Assembly: GCF_964355755.1 (NCBI RefSeq)
Contig: NC_092673.1
Location: 33,477,648-33,541,647, forward strand
DNA from: Antedon mediterranea
Taxonomy: Eukaryota > Animalia > Echinodermata
Length of the DNA: 64,000 nucleotides
Reading direction: 5' to 3'
How positions within the stretch are numbered: the first letter of the stretch is position 1; each line of letters opens with the position of its first letter. Below, piece by piece: positions 1-13,000 of this stretch. Both the position numbers and the translations under genes were made by a program. The notes beneath the pieces were generated by a model that was given only the letters and a program-made list of their open reading frames with translations, made no database searches and was not told where the DNA came from.

Positions 1-165
1 TACAAAACATGAACAAATAAATTGGTGAATATCACCTACCCACTTCAGGGTGCATTACAAAACATGAACAAATAAATTGGTGAATATCACCTACCCACTT
101 CAGGGTGCATTACAAAACATGAACAAATACATTGGTGAATATCACCTACCCACTTCAGGGTGCGT
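1..165. repeat. 55-bp minisatellite, 3 copies (runs off the window edge)
   Basis: Unit TACAAAACATGAACAAATAAATTGGTGAATATCACCTACCCACTTCAGGGTGCAT at 1, 56 and 111. Confidence 0.95.
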
Positions 166-1229
166 TACATTGTAATGTATACAATAAATATCCTTTAAAA
201 TAAAGGTACTATGGTGTTTTTTCCTTTAAAGTTCAATAAATAATCCTACTCAACTATTAATAATACTGTATACGAAAATAGTCATGTGAACCTTACAGTT
301 ATACCTTCAAGATGAGTCAATCATGAAGTTTAGGGCTACGGGGTCCGGTTGGGTGACTCGAGACTCACTCTCGTCGTCTCCAAATTACAACGGGACTTTT
401 TTTTTTATAACGACGGAAAGCGCCACGGAAGGCGGCAAAAGCTCCCGTTCACATTAGGAGTGATAAGTTACATATGTGCCGTCTTCTAATAACGTTAAAA
501 TGACTGAAGTAGATATTATTCTTAAATACCTCTACAAAATTTAAATTTCGTTAGCTTAAATAAAAGGCCTACTATTGAAATATTTAATTTTTAAAAAGTA
601 ATATTTCACTAGACTAAACTGTAGTTTGTGGACACTTGATATGATTGACAGGGCATTGGATAAAATGATTTTTTCACGAATACATCCGTTTCTCCCGTCC
701 TGATGTGTAAAGTCCCAAAATGACTGCGTAAAGTCCTTGAACAAGGTAACGATCAGCACTATTGCCGCAGAGGGGAAATCACCAAGGAGAATTTACCTTT
801 TTTGTTTTATTAACTTCATGAAATATTATTAAGGTGAACGCTGCTTACAACAATCGCAAGTGAATATAACTTTAATAACCTAATTACGAATCTTACAGAA
901 ACGGAAGGTTGGAATCCGTTTTCGTTATCGTATTTTGTGCGTTTTCGAATTTCTTTTGACATCTATTTTTGTTTACGTGTTTTTCTCTAATTTATAAAAA
1001 TAAAGTTATTGAAAGTACAGTACTGTCTTTATACTAATTTATAATAAACTTAATTACTTCAATAAATAGCATTAACTATTATAAATATAAATACAAGAAT
1101 GAATATTTTTTTTAACTACACATTTGAATTAATAAATATGATTAAATATACAAAAGGTTTGGTTATAACGAATGGATGATTACGAGGTACAATTGGAACA
1201 TTGACCCACTACCAAAAGAGGCACCGTTT

Positions 1230-1333
1230 GGAACATTGTCCCGTACCAAAATGGCGGAACATCTTCCCGTACCAAAATGGCGGAACATTGTCCAGTACCA
1301 AAATGGCGGAACATTGTCCCGTACCAAAATGGC
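1230..1333. repeat. 26-bp tandem repeat, 4 copies, in the 3' UTR of cytokine-like gene 1
   Basis: Unit GGAACATTGTCCCGTACCAAAATGGC; it explains ORFs 1163-1372 and 1201-1383. Confidence 0.9.
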
Positions 1334-1340
1334 GCTTACG

Positions 1341-4261
1341 TTATGAGGTGTGTATGAATCGTATGACGTCATCCTTCATTTGACTGATGTAGTCCGTAAA
1401 ATTCTGCAGAATACCCAACGTTAAACGATTGATGATAACAGAGTTGACCAAGGGTGTTAGATGAACAGAAGAGGGTGTTGTTGAAGAAGCCAGTGTCGAT
1501 GCATTTAGCGACGTAAGCTAAAAAGATGGAAAAGAAATAACTACGTCAAAACATGCGTACACACAAATCCGTGCCGTCATAGCATGCTTTTCAGCGACTA
1601 CAAAAAGTTGTGTGCATGCGCAGTTAGGCATATTTCATGTTAAAATGTAAACGTATACAAAATTGACGACATCAATATTGTTTTAATAGTTGTAAATGCT
1701 TAATAGGCTCTAATTTTATTCGTTTAAAATCGGTACGCTTGATAACCGTGAAAATCAGTACTAACTACGTTCACACTTTGTCTCAGTTCGAGTACGGTGG
1801 CCGGATAACTTAAATATAATGTAAATAATAGTATCCAGGAGGAATATGAAATTTGCACACTAACGCATTCCATATTGCGTACAAAACGCACGTGTGTGAT
1901 TCAAAACGTAACGCTGCCTGAAGTTTCTGGCCACCGGACCAAAACCAGGCTCATTTTGAACGTAGCCTTAAACAAAGATGGCCGCCGGCCGTACTTACCA
2001 CTTGGTTTGTTTCAGCAATACATTGATTTGTACTCGACAACGCGTTGGTAAAATTACTTGTAAAGTTGCTGGAAGACGTTGCTACACGTGACTCCATACG
2101 TATCATAATGCCAATTGCTACACCGTAAGTCTTCAAGTTCTTCAGGTGATAGAGCATAACTAACGTACTCTATTTATGGATATGAAATTGAAAAGATAAA
2201 TTATTGATTGAGATTACACTTTTTATACAGACCCCATGTGCAGTTAAATTATATACAAATATATATATAAACACATCAGGCAAAGAACATTGATTCTAAA
2301 CCGCCCGGTAATATACTGAAATTTAATTAATCAATTTGAAACGATAAAGATAAGGAAATCTGTGAGAATGAGAAATATATTTAATTTGTTTATTATAGAT
2401 CTAAAAATCACTTTTGTCGATTCCACCATACCTACGGTACCACTTACATACAGTGCAACATTCTCGATGCACTTTGAGTAGGCTTGCTACTGGTTAACGA
2501 CCGTGCAATACGCGTTTGCAGTGAGTCTATTGCCGATTATCACATGATATACTATTACAAGAAATACATATCAATTGTACAATAATTTTCTTTTTAAATA
2601 CTGCTTTTACGCTGCTTTATCATAATATTTCCATTGAATTGGTCAATAATATTGTGACGAGGACAATAAATTTAAAATGATGTGGTAATATATATTATGA
2701 TAATAATACTTACGTTTGATGCTAATGAAGTATTGATACTTGCCAGCGTGGGTATCCCTCTTATTGTAGCATTTACATATGCACTTCTTGAACCAAATCG
2801 CTCAATTTTCTGAAGAAATAACATGCAATGTCCAATTTTCATTTTTACCAGTCAGTCTAATAATATCTACTATCAAGAAGTATTTTCTTATAGTTCATTT
2901 CAGACTATTAGAAATGATAGAATCATAATACGATTTGGAGGGAAATGTGTACATCGTAAAGCTTGGTTCCCATTAGCAACGCAACGTAAGTGATTTGATC
3001 AATCAATCACAAACGATCGATTATTCGAACAGTGGCTTGTCATTGGTCAACTCGCTTGCGTTGCGCGTACGTCCTAGGTTTGCGTCTCTAGTGGGGACCA
3101 CGCTTTAGACATCCGATTATTCACGAAGTTTACATGCGTTCATGTGGGCACGTGACTGCGATCCTTGGTACCAATAGTACAAAAATACCACGTGACGATA
3201 TTGAAACTAGGCAGAAAACGGTTCACAGTACTTTTTATTACAGGAAATTAATTTTAGTATCGGAGCAAAAAAAATCGATTGATAACTTTATACGCTACCA
3301 GTAATACGCATGTGCAGCATGGTTATTTAGCAGGAAAAGTACGCGGTCTAGGCGCGCCTATAATGTGCTAGAGATGTGTTATCACGGGTAAAAATAGATA
3401 CATCAAATAGGTTTCCCTTTAATAGGGGTTAAAAACTGTACTTACGTATCGCAGTAACGTTGCATCCACTATGTTTGATAATGTCTGTAAGTTGTCTTTT
3501 AAAGAGTTGTAATTTTGAATAAGGTCATTTGTAGCCCTCCTGTTTGTTGGCCTTGCTGTGCCACGATGAATGCTTGCCGATATTAGTACGGCTACTGTAA
3601 CATAAGTAAGACCTTTATTAATTAACAGAATACCTTATTGCCATGTACGGATAAATAGAAAAATCGTGTACGGATAAGAATAACCGTGTACGGATAAATA
3701 GAATAATCGGGGAATATATTAGTTTCACAACGATATGAATAATATAATCAAACAATACATTTCTATTTAATTGAATCAACAAATAAGAACGTAAATATTA
3801 TTTCTTTAAAAAAATCAATTCACTATTGATAATCCTTGGCCACATTGCCTAAAGACATAAAATAAAATAAAATAACTATTAAAAACATTTCTTAAAGATT
3901 AAAAAAAAAGAAATTAATAACATAAAGTAACAACAGAATATCCAGTGAAATCATTTGATACTATAGTTGTATTATAATGTGTTGTTATTTAGCATAGAAA
4001 AGTTATTTCCGTGAAAACCCTCCTTTGGGACACTCTTCATAGGACACGCCTACTTTGTTGGTTCCCGAAAATTGTTCCCTTAACAGAGGGCCGTACTGAG
4101 TTGCATGGTTCGAATCATACTTGCCAACTACCATTATTTTACCGATTGTCCAAAACAGACATATTTGACTGAGCTGTAATCAAAATTTATTTACGATTAA
4201 AAACATATGCTTTTGAATTGACCAGTTTAATACCTATAGCGATAATTCCAGAACGTTTCAT
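1341..4261 (-). CDS. Secreted 206-aa candidate long-chain four-helix-bundle cytokine (IL-6/IL-11-like), paralogue 1
   Basis: Five exons 4261-4234, 3594-3446, 2809-2714, 2169-1999, 1517-1341 (28/149/96/171/177 nt), all GT-AG, intron phases 1,0,0,0, one continuous ORF: MKRSGIIAIVAVLISASIHRGTARPTNRRATNDLIQNYNSLKDNLQTLSNIVDATLLRY|KIERFGSRSAYVNATIRGIPTLASINTSLASN|STLVMLYHLKNLKTYGVAIGIMIRMESRV...NQCIAETNQV|LTSLNAST...RLTLGILQNFTDYISQMKDDVIRFIHTS*. N-terminal signal peptide. The gene model is well supported; the family assignment is inference. Confidence 0.85.
2960..3104. mobile_element. MITE family A (PIF/Harbinger-Tourist-like)
   Basis: Terminal inverted repeats AGCTTGGTTCCCA...TGGGGACCACGCT with TAA/TTA flanks; the family recurs more than 10 times in the window. 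Confidence 0.8.
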
Positions 4262-4343
4262 TGCAGTCTCTTCTAAATTTTACTTAAATATCTGTTGTTG
4301 AATTAATCTTTGTACTTTATGATGTGCCATGTTGATCCGATTC

Positions 4344-4355
4344 TGTTTTATATTT
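4344..4355 (-). promoter_or_regulatory. Candidate TATA box of cytokine-like gene 1
   Basis: Minus-strand TATAAAA about 85 bp upstream of the ATG at 4261. Confidence 0.5.
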
Positions 4356-4647
4356 AAAGATAGGCCTAATTACGAAATAAGTGACCACAGTATCGGAATA
4401 AATGCATTACGGTGGTGGTTTTCAGTGGGTTGAATAAGGAACAGGGATTTTTTCCTGTTCATTAGTATAGCACCTTAATAATCACTGGGAATTAATGTGT
4501 AATTAATTGCTTTCAATTTCCGTTATCATATTCACATTTTTTTAAATCGGAACAAACTGATATTGAAATCGTTTTTTTCTTCTAGTAATTAAGCATCGGT
4601 ACCCGGCCGTCTAAAGGCCAATTGACACAGACGAGCGGTAACGATAA

Positions 4648-4855
4648 AGCTTGGTTCCCACTACAGACGCAACGTAACGCAACTTACGGAACGTAAGCAA
4701 ATGCCCTTCCAATAATTGTGTTTTCCCCCGCCTGCGTGTTTGCAGCACCGTTGCATCGTCGGTTCCCACTTTTGATTACGCAAAATACAACACTTTGCGC
4801 CAATACGTCGCTGCGTTACGTTGCGTTGCGTTCTAGTGGAAGTGGAAACCACGTT
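4648..4855. mobile_element. MITE family A, longer variant
   Basis: AGCTTGGTTCCCACTA...GTGGAAACCACGTT with TWA flanks; internal sequence shared with 51741-51920. Confidence 0.8.
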
Positions 4856-6608
4856 TTAGCACAAAACCGCGTAGCTTGTCCCACATCGGAAACCGTTGTG
4901 TGTAAATAAATGGTCATTAGAATTAACATAGATTCTATATTTTTATTACTTTTATCGTCTGTGTAAATTGTCCTACGAAGAATTATATGACTGCTAATTA
5001 CTAATTAGTAAATCGCCCTTCTTGGATTAGGCCTTCTAAATAAGTTCTTGAACATCTTATCAAAACAATATTTCGTTTGTATTACGGTACTTCTAACAAC
5101 GTTTTTGCAAGTGATATTTTGACCAATGTCAAGCGACGGCTTGGATGAGTTTAGTTGAGCCGTCGTCGGTTATTGGTTAGTTCTCTTGGATTATGTTTTA
5201 AGGCTATTAAACCCATTTTTTGTTTTGTTTTATAGGTTCGTTTTACTTTTTTCAATCGAAGAATAATCCATCATTTTTTGACATGTTATGTTTTTCACAT
5301 TATTATTTATTTATTTTAAAGAAATTGATTTATTTTGTTGTAAATACAATATTTAATTATCCACATACATCCACATACATTTTTACTTAAGATTGTGCAT
5401 TATTCACTAATCACAGTGTATAGTATCGAAAGAGGATGGTCTAAAGTTATGTAATTTAGGTTTAAGAAATAATAATATTTATCTTCCAGTGGCTGTGAAT
5501 GAGAGTGAATTAAGGCTCTGTTTACGTTACCTCCGAAAGTTGTGGTTTTATGAAAAGGCTTTGACAAAGGGAATGTTAATATATTTTTGTGTTCATATCG
5601 ACATTTTGAAATAAAATGATACCTGGATCATCGACAAAGGAATTATATAGCTCGTTTAATTAACGTACCGTGTATTTTAGTAAATTAAGCAATATTTATT
5701 GACTCCCACACCCAACATCAAAAGTTACCCAGAGAAAGTAAATATGTATATTTTAGCAACATTACCAAAGGTGGTTCCGGAAATTAATCATATAAGTAGA
5801 AGTAGGATGAACATTACACAGACCTAGGTAACACTTGTATAAATTAATAACGTCAATATACTAATGGAGAAAATGTAACATTCAGAATTGGCGTTGATTA
5901 AAATCGATTATGTTATAAAAATTAAAATCTGCTAGTTATTACTGATATTATTTTGACATGATGTGGTCATTCTTATATCAAACATCTTGAAAGTAATAAC
6001 TTGTACTATGCATTTTGAGCTTTTACTGATTTTCTGGCTAAGTTGGCAAACATATGGAAAATGTAGCGTACATTTACCACGATTGTACGATTATCAGCTA
6101 TTCGATGTCGCTGTCAATACAATAGACGCACGGCAGCTTAACAATACACATAGTATAGCGGTGAGATGCAAGCCGAGCAGTCTTAAATTGTCTTTTTAGT
6201 GAACATCGTATAGGTTCTTAAATCATTGTATGTAAAGTTTTATTTAAGTCTGAGTATTCAGCGCCTTTGATAAAGAAGGGTTTTTAGAACTGTGCAATGA
6301 TGCTTACGAAGTAGCACTGAAGGAAATGATCAATATAGTCGTTTGTATTAATGCGGGCAAGTTTAATTAAGGTTTTATTTTATTGATGAGTGCTGGTAAT
6401 TAGTACAGTGTTTCATATAGTAATATCAATATATATTGAGGTGTAACATAACTATAACAATGATATTGTAACAGTTACCAATACTGTTTACGTCTTCGGC
6501 GACTTATTAAAATCGACATTGGTATAAAACAACACAATTGATTTTACATTGTTAAGTGTTATTGTTGATTGTTGTCAATTAGATATAGGTGGTTTGAGTT
6601 GCTGCTTA

Positions 6609-6755
6609 AGCTTGGTTCCCACTAGCGTCGCAACGTAATGCAACATACGCAACGTAAGAAAATTCCCTTCCAATAATTGTGTTGGCCCCTTCTGCGTGAA
6701 ATCAAACCTGTGATGTCTGCGTTACGTTGCGTTGCGTTCTAGTGGGAACCACGCT
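6609..6755. mobile_element. MITE family A
   Basis: TIRs AGCTTGGTTCCCACTAG / CTAGTGGGAACCACGCT with a perfect TTA target-site duplication. Confidence 0.85.
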
Positions 6756-7209
6756 TTAGAGACCGTACTGGGTTGAAATAGAAGAACTGAATTACTAACA
6801 GTTGTGTAGTTATCGTCGAAATTCGGCAGCCCGTCCGCGATATTTCTTTTCGTACATAAGTTTAGGACCCCTCGTGAAACGTCACAAAATAAACATGAAT
6901 ATTCATTAGTTATATCCATAAGGTGTGACGTAAGAATCGAGCTAACTACAATTCGCTAATGTAAACGATTTCTGTCGAGCCGTCTGTGTAGTCGAGTGAA
7001 TATATGGACTTTACATGTCGATGTATGGTGTTCGACTCCCATGAGCTACTTCTTTTACTTTATAGTGAGAGAGAGATTATTTGAAGGGTTAGGTTAAGTT
7101 ATATTTAGGAAGTTTGGCTATCTTTCACTTATGTACGAAAAAAAAAATCGCAGCCCGCCCTCATCCGTCTTCGATCCGCCTATCGTATTATGGCTGCAGG
7201 GGCCTGGGT

Positions 7210-8711
7210 GCGATTTTTTTTCCGTACGAGAGTTCCTCCATCGGTTCGTTTCGGACTCAATCGACTCTCTTCGGTAAAGTCAGCTCACTGATGCGTGAGC
7301 AACATAATACAATTTACATTAATAGTAATACGAGTTTTGATGACATTAATTAATAAATACTAGGCCCTAGGCCTACTTAGTAATTGCATTAAGAACCCAA
7401 TAGCATATTAAAGATAATTAGGTCTACGACCCAATAGTAGGTCGTATCAGATATTATTTGTTGAAGTTGAATGACCTTTTGTCACGAACGAAAGGCTCTT
7501 TTCTTTCGTTATGGTATTGTAGCTAGCCCATGGCTAGCCTAGCCAAGCTTGTGTAGGCCTATGCAATGTATTACTTTTGAATTTAAAATGATTATGTACA
7601 GTAGGAATTCCTATGCACAGTGTATGTTTTTTATACCTTTTAAAATAATATTATTAAATTAATATTTATATTGTAAGGTAATGTAATTACGTTACCGACG
7701 TAGGCCTACGTATTTATCCCCAATCATGAAAAATAAAGATTTCAGACTTTTAATAATAGGCCATTTTGGAGTTTTAATTAAGTTGGGCCTACAACTAAGA
7801 TATATATTATTGTTTATTATGTGTAATATGTAATTTGGAAAATCATAAAAAATACATGCAAAGTAAAAAACATCCAATTACGGTACTGACACGACTACAA
7901 ATAGTACAATACATTTAATAATAACAAATTTTCCAGGAAGCTTATGTGATACTATCATCTTATCATGAAGATCGGTTTTCTGTATTCTGATATTCTTGAT
8001 TTTATTTTTTTTATTATGGTTTCTGAAATTAATTAAAAAAAAAATTGTTCATTTTAATTCAAAATTTCCACCGGCCAAGATATCAATAATTATTAAATTA
8101 ACACAATATTAAACGCTTTATAAGCAAGCATTGTTTCTATACATTACAACTACAAGAATACATGTTACTAGGCTAGGCCTATAAACAATTCATTTCAAAT
8201 GAAGAAATTGTAATTTTCTTGATAAAAACATCTGTTAGTGTTACTGTACATATAATTTCTAACCTACTACTTCATTTTATTAAAATAAAAAATAGTACTG
8301 TAGATGGAAATGTACTACACATTGAAGCACACGTCGTACGTAGGGCTAGGCAGCTAGGCCTTTTGTGACGACCAACAAAGTGCTGCTGTGTGTGTTAACT
8401 GTTTGTGAATCTCATGGTACATACATTGGTTTGTGGCTGCCTATACAGTATTATATTATTAAAATTCAAGGCCTATTATTATTATTATTATTACAATGAG
8501 GTTCAGTACTACTATTAATATTTATTATTATATTTACAGTGAGTATATAATATTAGGCCTAGTAAATCTGTCACTCGTCGTGCAAAAAAAGCTGCTCACG
8601 TTTTGTCTTGTGGTTGCTGTCACGCATCAGTGAGCATCGGTGGCTTACCGAAGAGTCGATGGAGTCCGAAATGAACCGATGGAGGAACTCTCGTACGGAA
8701 AAAAAAATCGC
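7210..8711. mobile_element. ~1.5-kb non-autonomous TIR element with ~95-bp inverted arms
   Basis: 7210-7303 (GCGATTTTTTTTCCGTACGAGAGTTCCTCCATCGG...) is the near reverse complement of 8613-8711; AT-rich noncoding interior. Confidence 0.75.
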
Positions 8712-8987
8712 GAGCCGTATAGCTAGTAAAATGTTAGAATCAATGTCGCCCTCTTGCGATAGGTATGATAACTGTGGAAGACGTAGAGGGCAGTGGTTAT
8801 AAAAACTATGTACGATGTGTACATTATACTGTCTGTCTGTCTGTTATCATAAACGAAATAATCAAAAAAAGTGGACCTTTAACAGGACACACCCATTGGC
8901 ACATTACTAGATTAATATTTTTATCACATCAGTGAATTGTTATTAGTATTCTTCAGCAAGAATGTCGATATGCATCTAAACAACGAA

Positions 8988-9113
8988 AGTGACCTGACCT
9001 AGTAGGCCACACACGACGAGTACGTGACCCTCCGACTCGACCTCCCCATAAGTGACCTGACCTAGTAGGCCACACACGACGATAACTTGACCCTCCGACT
9101 CGGCCTCCCCATA
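8988..9113. repeat. Tandem duplication of ~63 bp
   Basis: AAGTGACCTGACCTAGTAGGCCACACACGACGA...CTCCCCATA occurs twice in succession. Confidence 0.85.
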
Positions 9114-10065
9114 ATCCATATATTGATATACATTATCATTTTAAACAAATAAATAATAAAGAAAATTGCTTTTTTAATTTATGTAAAATTTATTTTTAAT
9201 GTAAAAAAGTATGCATATAAACATAATCATCTTATTAATGGAAGATACATTATCAGCACCCCTAAAACACCTTTATTTTTATAAACAATATTATACTTAA
9301 ACTACAGTTGTATATTACACACATTTCCATTTTATAAATGGTTACAGGAATTCACTGAATAGACTTATTTATTCAAATTTTTTCAATAAGTATTATCCTA
9401 TTTCTTTCAATATGAAAGTACTTCATAAGTATCTAGATTATACATCCAAATGTTTTTTGTTTTCCAAATGTTGAAACAATTTTTTTAAATACATGTGGTT
9501 TTCTTAATTGAAACAATGTTTATAAAAATACAGCGCTGCTTCAACCAATAACCTTAAATAAATAGCATCTAAATAAATAAATATAAATACAGTAGTATAA
9601 AAAATAACGCTTTGCGTTTTAATTAAATCTGGAAGAGCTTGATATATACAGCACCTGATTCTTCAGGAGGACGACACCATAAACAAGACGCGCGGCACCA
9701 TAACCAAGACGCGCGCGTATAAACCCTGATAATTAGGACTGGCATTCTTATTGGACGCTTTCATCAGATGTCTTCTCGTGGTGATATATAAATAATTAAT
9801 TAATTCAAATATTATTTTATTATATTATTTACAAATTAAAGTTAAATTGCATTCGGATTCAAGGTTTAGTACTCTATTGGAATTCAAAATAGAAAATGTA
9901 ATATATCTAAAGTTATTTATATATACAGTATATTAAATATTATTTCAGGTTTGCATTTTTGCTTGCTATAAGCTAAACAGAATGGTACAACAGATGAATG
10001 AAATTCTATTTACAATTGCATGGTGGTGCGCAGTGCACCTTGTATAAATCACCTAATCCTCTCAA

Positions 10066-13000
10066 TTATTGCGAGCCAGAAAAACGCAGTCTGATGACGT
10101 CATCTCTCAAAACGCTCAGGTAATCTGCAAAGTTGTCCATAGTGGCGACCATCATAAAGTCGTTGGCTTGTTCGTTGAAAAATCTACATGCAACCGGGTG
10201 TCCCTCTGATCCAGCAATCAAATCGTGTTCCAACTCTTGCTCAAGCTTTAAAGGAAAAAAAAAATTATTAAAGATATTTAAACTTTTTAATCTTATTATT
10301 ATTGGTTATTTTATTTCTATTAAGTATCAATTCGATTTCTGTGTATAGATAGTGTTTATACATAATATTCGATACTGTTATGTTCGGTCAGTAACACAAA
10401 ACCGTACGCGCGCGCGTACAAACTCTGATAATGTAAACCTTTTGTACGCCGCCTTAAAAAAGTTTGTGGTTCTTTTGTGTTTTAGAAAGATTGATATTGT
10501 TAAATAAAATCAATTAAAAGTGTAGTAACTTAAATAAAAAATATGTACTTCGATAATTTGTTTAATATTAGTTTAATATTACCATAATAGATACCACATT
10601 AGAGCGATATTCACATTAATTTGTTCCGTTTCACGGAAGGACGAAGATTCTTTTTTATGATTTTCCATTTTAAACACAGGGTACAGTGTGAATGTAGCTT
10701 TACAGTGAGCAAACAAGCAATTGACTGTTGACTGTGTGAAAAGACTGTTACCAAAGAGAACCTTTACAACAAAATACTTACATATCTCGTTATACGATGC
10801 TGTACTTCTGTTATTACTAATTGTATTTTGACAAAATCGTCAACATAATTCGGTGTTCTGTTCATTTTTGTTTCATAATTCTTGAAACAGATCATAGCAT
10901 TGTTGTAAGTGAATAGTTCATCATAGTATGCGGCGAATATCTGAGGGAACTGCAAAAGAAACCATAAGACTTGAAATTTACATGGCATTGCTATTGTTCA
11001 CATGATGGGGGGGGGGGGGGAGGAGGGGCAGGGGGAGGGGACGTTGTTCAATAGTCTTTTGGCTAAATCTGTTTGGGTTTTTCCAACTATATGTGGTGGA
11101 GAAGCAAAGCCAAATCACATCTTTTGTGCGTGGGTGTAAAATCGCAATGCAGTGCGGTGGAGTTGACCAATCACAGGCGAAGGTTCTTGATTGGTCAAGT
11201 TACTTTGTGGTGGGTTTGAGCGAGAGTTGATTCACCAATCATGACAAGCGAAAATGCGAATGATCTATCGCGTCGTACGTCAACGTAGTTGCGGCTTAAG
11301 CTTGGTTCCCACTAGAACGTACGCAAGGACGTAAACGCAACGCAAGCGTTTTAACCAATGACAAGCGAAGTTATAGACAGTTAGCAATCACAAGCGAATA
11401 AGCCATCGCTTGTGATTGGTCAATTCACTTGCGTTGCGTTACGTCCTTGCGTTGCGTCGCTATTGGGAACCACGCTTTTGTGGGAGTAGGAAATCAGTCG
11501 CCTTTTTAAAAACTTACCGTTATATCTGGTTGTTGTGACCTAGCGTAGGCATCTTGGTTTTGAGGGACATTGTTATTTGTGTATCCGTTTGTGTACCCAG
11601 GATCACCAAATCTCATAGTTTTCTATAAACAGAAATATTATTACTAATGATGAGTTATCTGAGGACATTTTCAAGAAAATATTATTAAAAATAACTTAGT
11701 GACAACAATGTGAATAGACAAAAATAATATTAATGAGCGTGGCGAAACATAATGATATAGTATATGTAAATCAATAATAATAGTATACTTATACAAAATG
11801 ACAATGATAGTTAAATAATTGGTAAGACAAAAATGACAATGATAACAATAAGAAATAGTGATTTTAAATCTAAAAATGAAAATATTATTATATAATGTGT
11901 AATATTTTATTATGGTAATGAGTACCCACGTGTTGAAAAGGGAAAGGCGATTGTCTAAAACTGGCGGACTTGGATTCATCTGGTTTTGCTTTCGCGTCAA
12001 TAAAGTATAACAACTATCGATTTCTTCATTGACAAAAATTAAGATTTAATCATAGTTAATATTATACCGGATAACTACTGTACATGTATTGTTTACTTGA
12101 TTTTTTTAAAGGCCCTGTTGGTAATATGTGATGTATATTGTGACGTCATGAGTTAAATGAATGATCAATAAATCCCAATTACTATATTATGAGGAGGAAA
12201 CGCATGAACGTAAGCGCAACGCAAGTAATTTTGCCAATCAGGGCGGCGCGCGATGGATCATCCGAACTATCGCCTGTTTTTACGCTATACTTTCGTTGAG
12301 TTGCGTCTCAAAGTGTGAAACAAGCTTTAGTTTGAAAGCAAGTGAGGCACATGTGAATATTAATGATTGGTTCCCACTAGAGACGCAACACAACGACGTA
12401 AGTGATTTGACCAATCACAAGCGATGGATTATTCGAACTGTCGCTTGTCATTGGTCAACACGCTTGCGTTGCGTTTACGTCCTTGCGTTACGTCCTAGTG
12501 GGAACCACGCTTAACTGATTTCTGATATAATAATCATGCTGTACAAACTTTAAATCATTTATAGATATTACTCCATGCATTATAAGCCAAGAAACACTAA
12601 ACTACCCCTGCACTGATAAGGCTGAAACGAATAATACGAACGGTAATACAGTATGAGAAAATCGTTCCAATCAGACTGCAGTATGGGCCCGTTTAATCAG
12701 ACTGGACAGTCTATGGGCTCGTTCAATCAGACTGGACAGTCTATGGGCCCGTTCAATTAGACTGGACAGTCTATGGGCCTGTTCAATCAGACTGCAGTCT
12801 ATGGGCCCGTTCAACAAGCAGACTACAGCAGTCTATGGGCCCGTTCAAGCAGACTACAGTCTATGGGCCCGGCTTTATTTACCCGGGTAAGTTGGTGCCC
12901 TACCCACCAATAAACTGTGCCCATGAAACCATCTTTCGCGTGGGCGAATAACTAAAGGCGCCAAGACTTGAACATAAAATAGATAGGCCAAAGTTTATTT

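Noticed and set aside
300-800. ORF 556-759 and nearby AP-1 (TGAGTCA), GATA and kappaB-like motifs
   Set aside because: No convincing coding or splice signal; the motifs could be an enhancer but short matches alone are insufficient.
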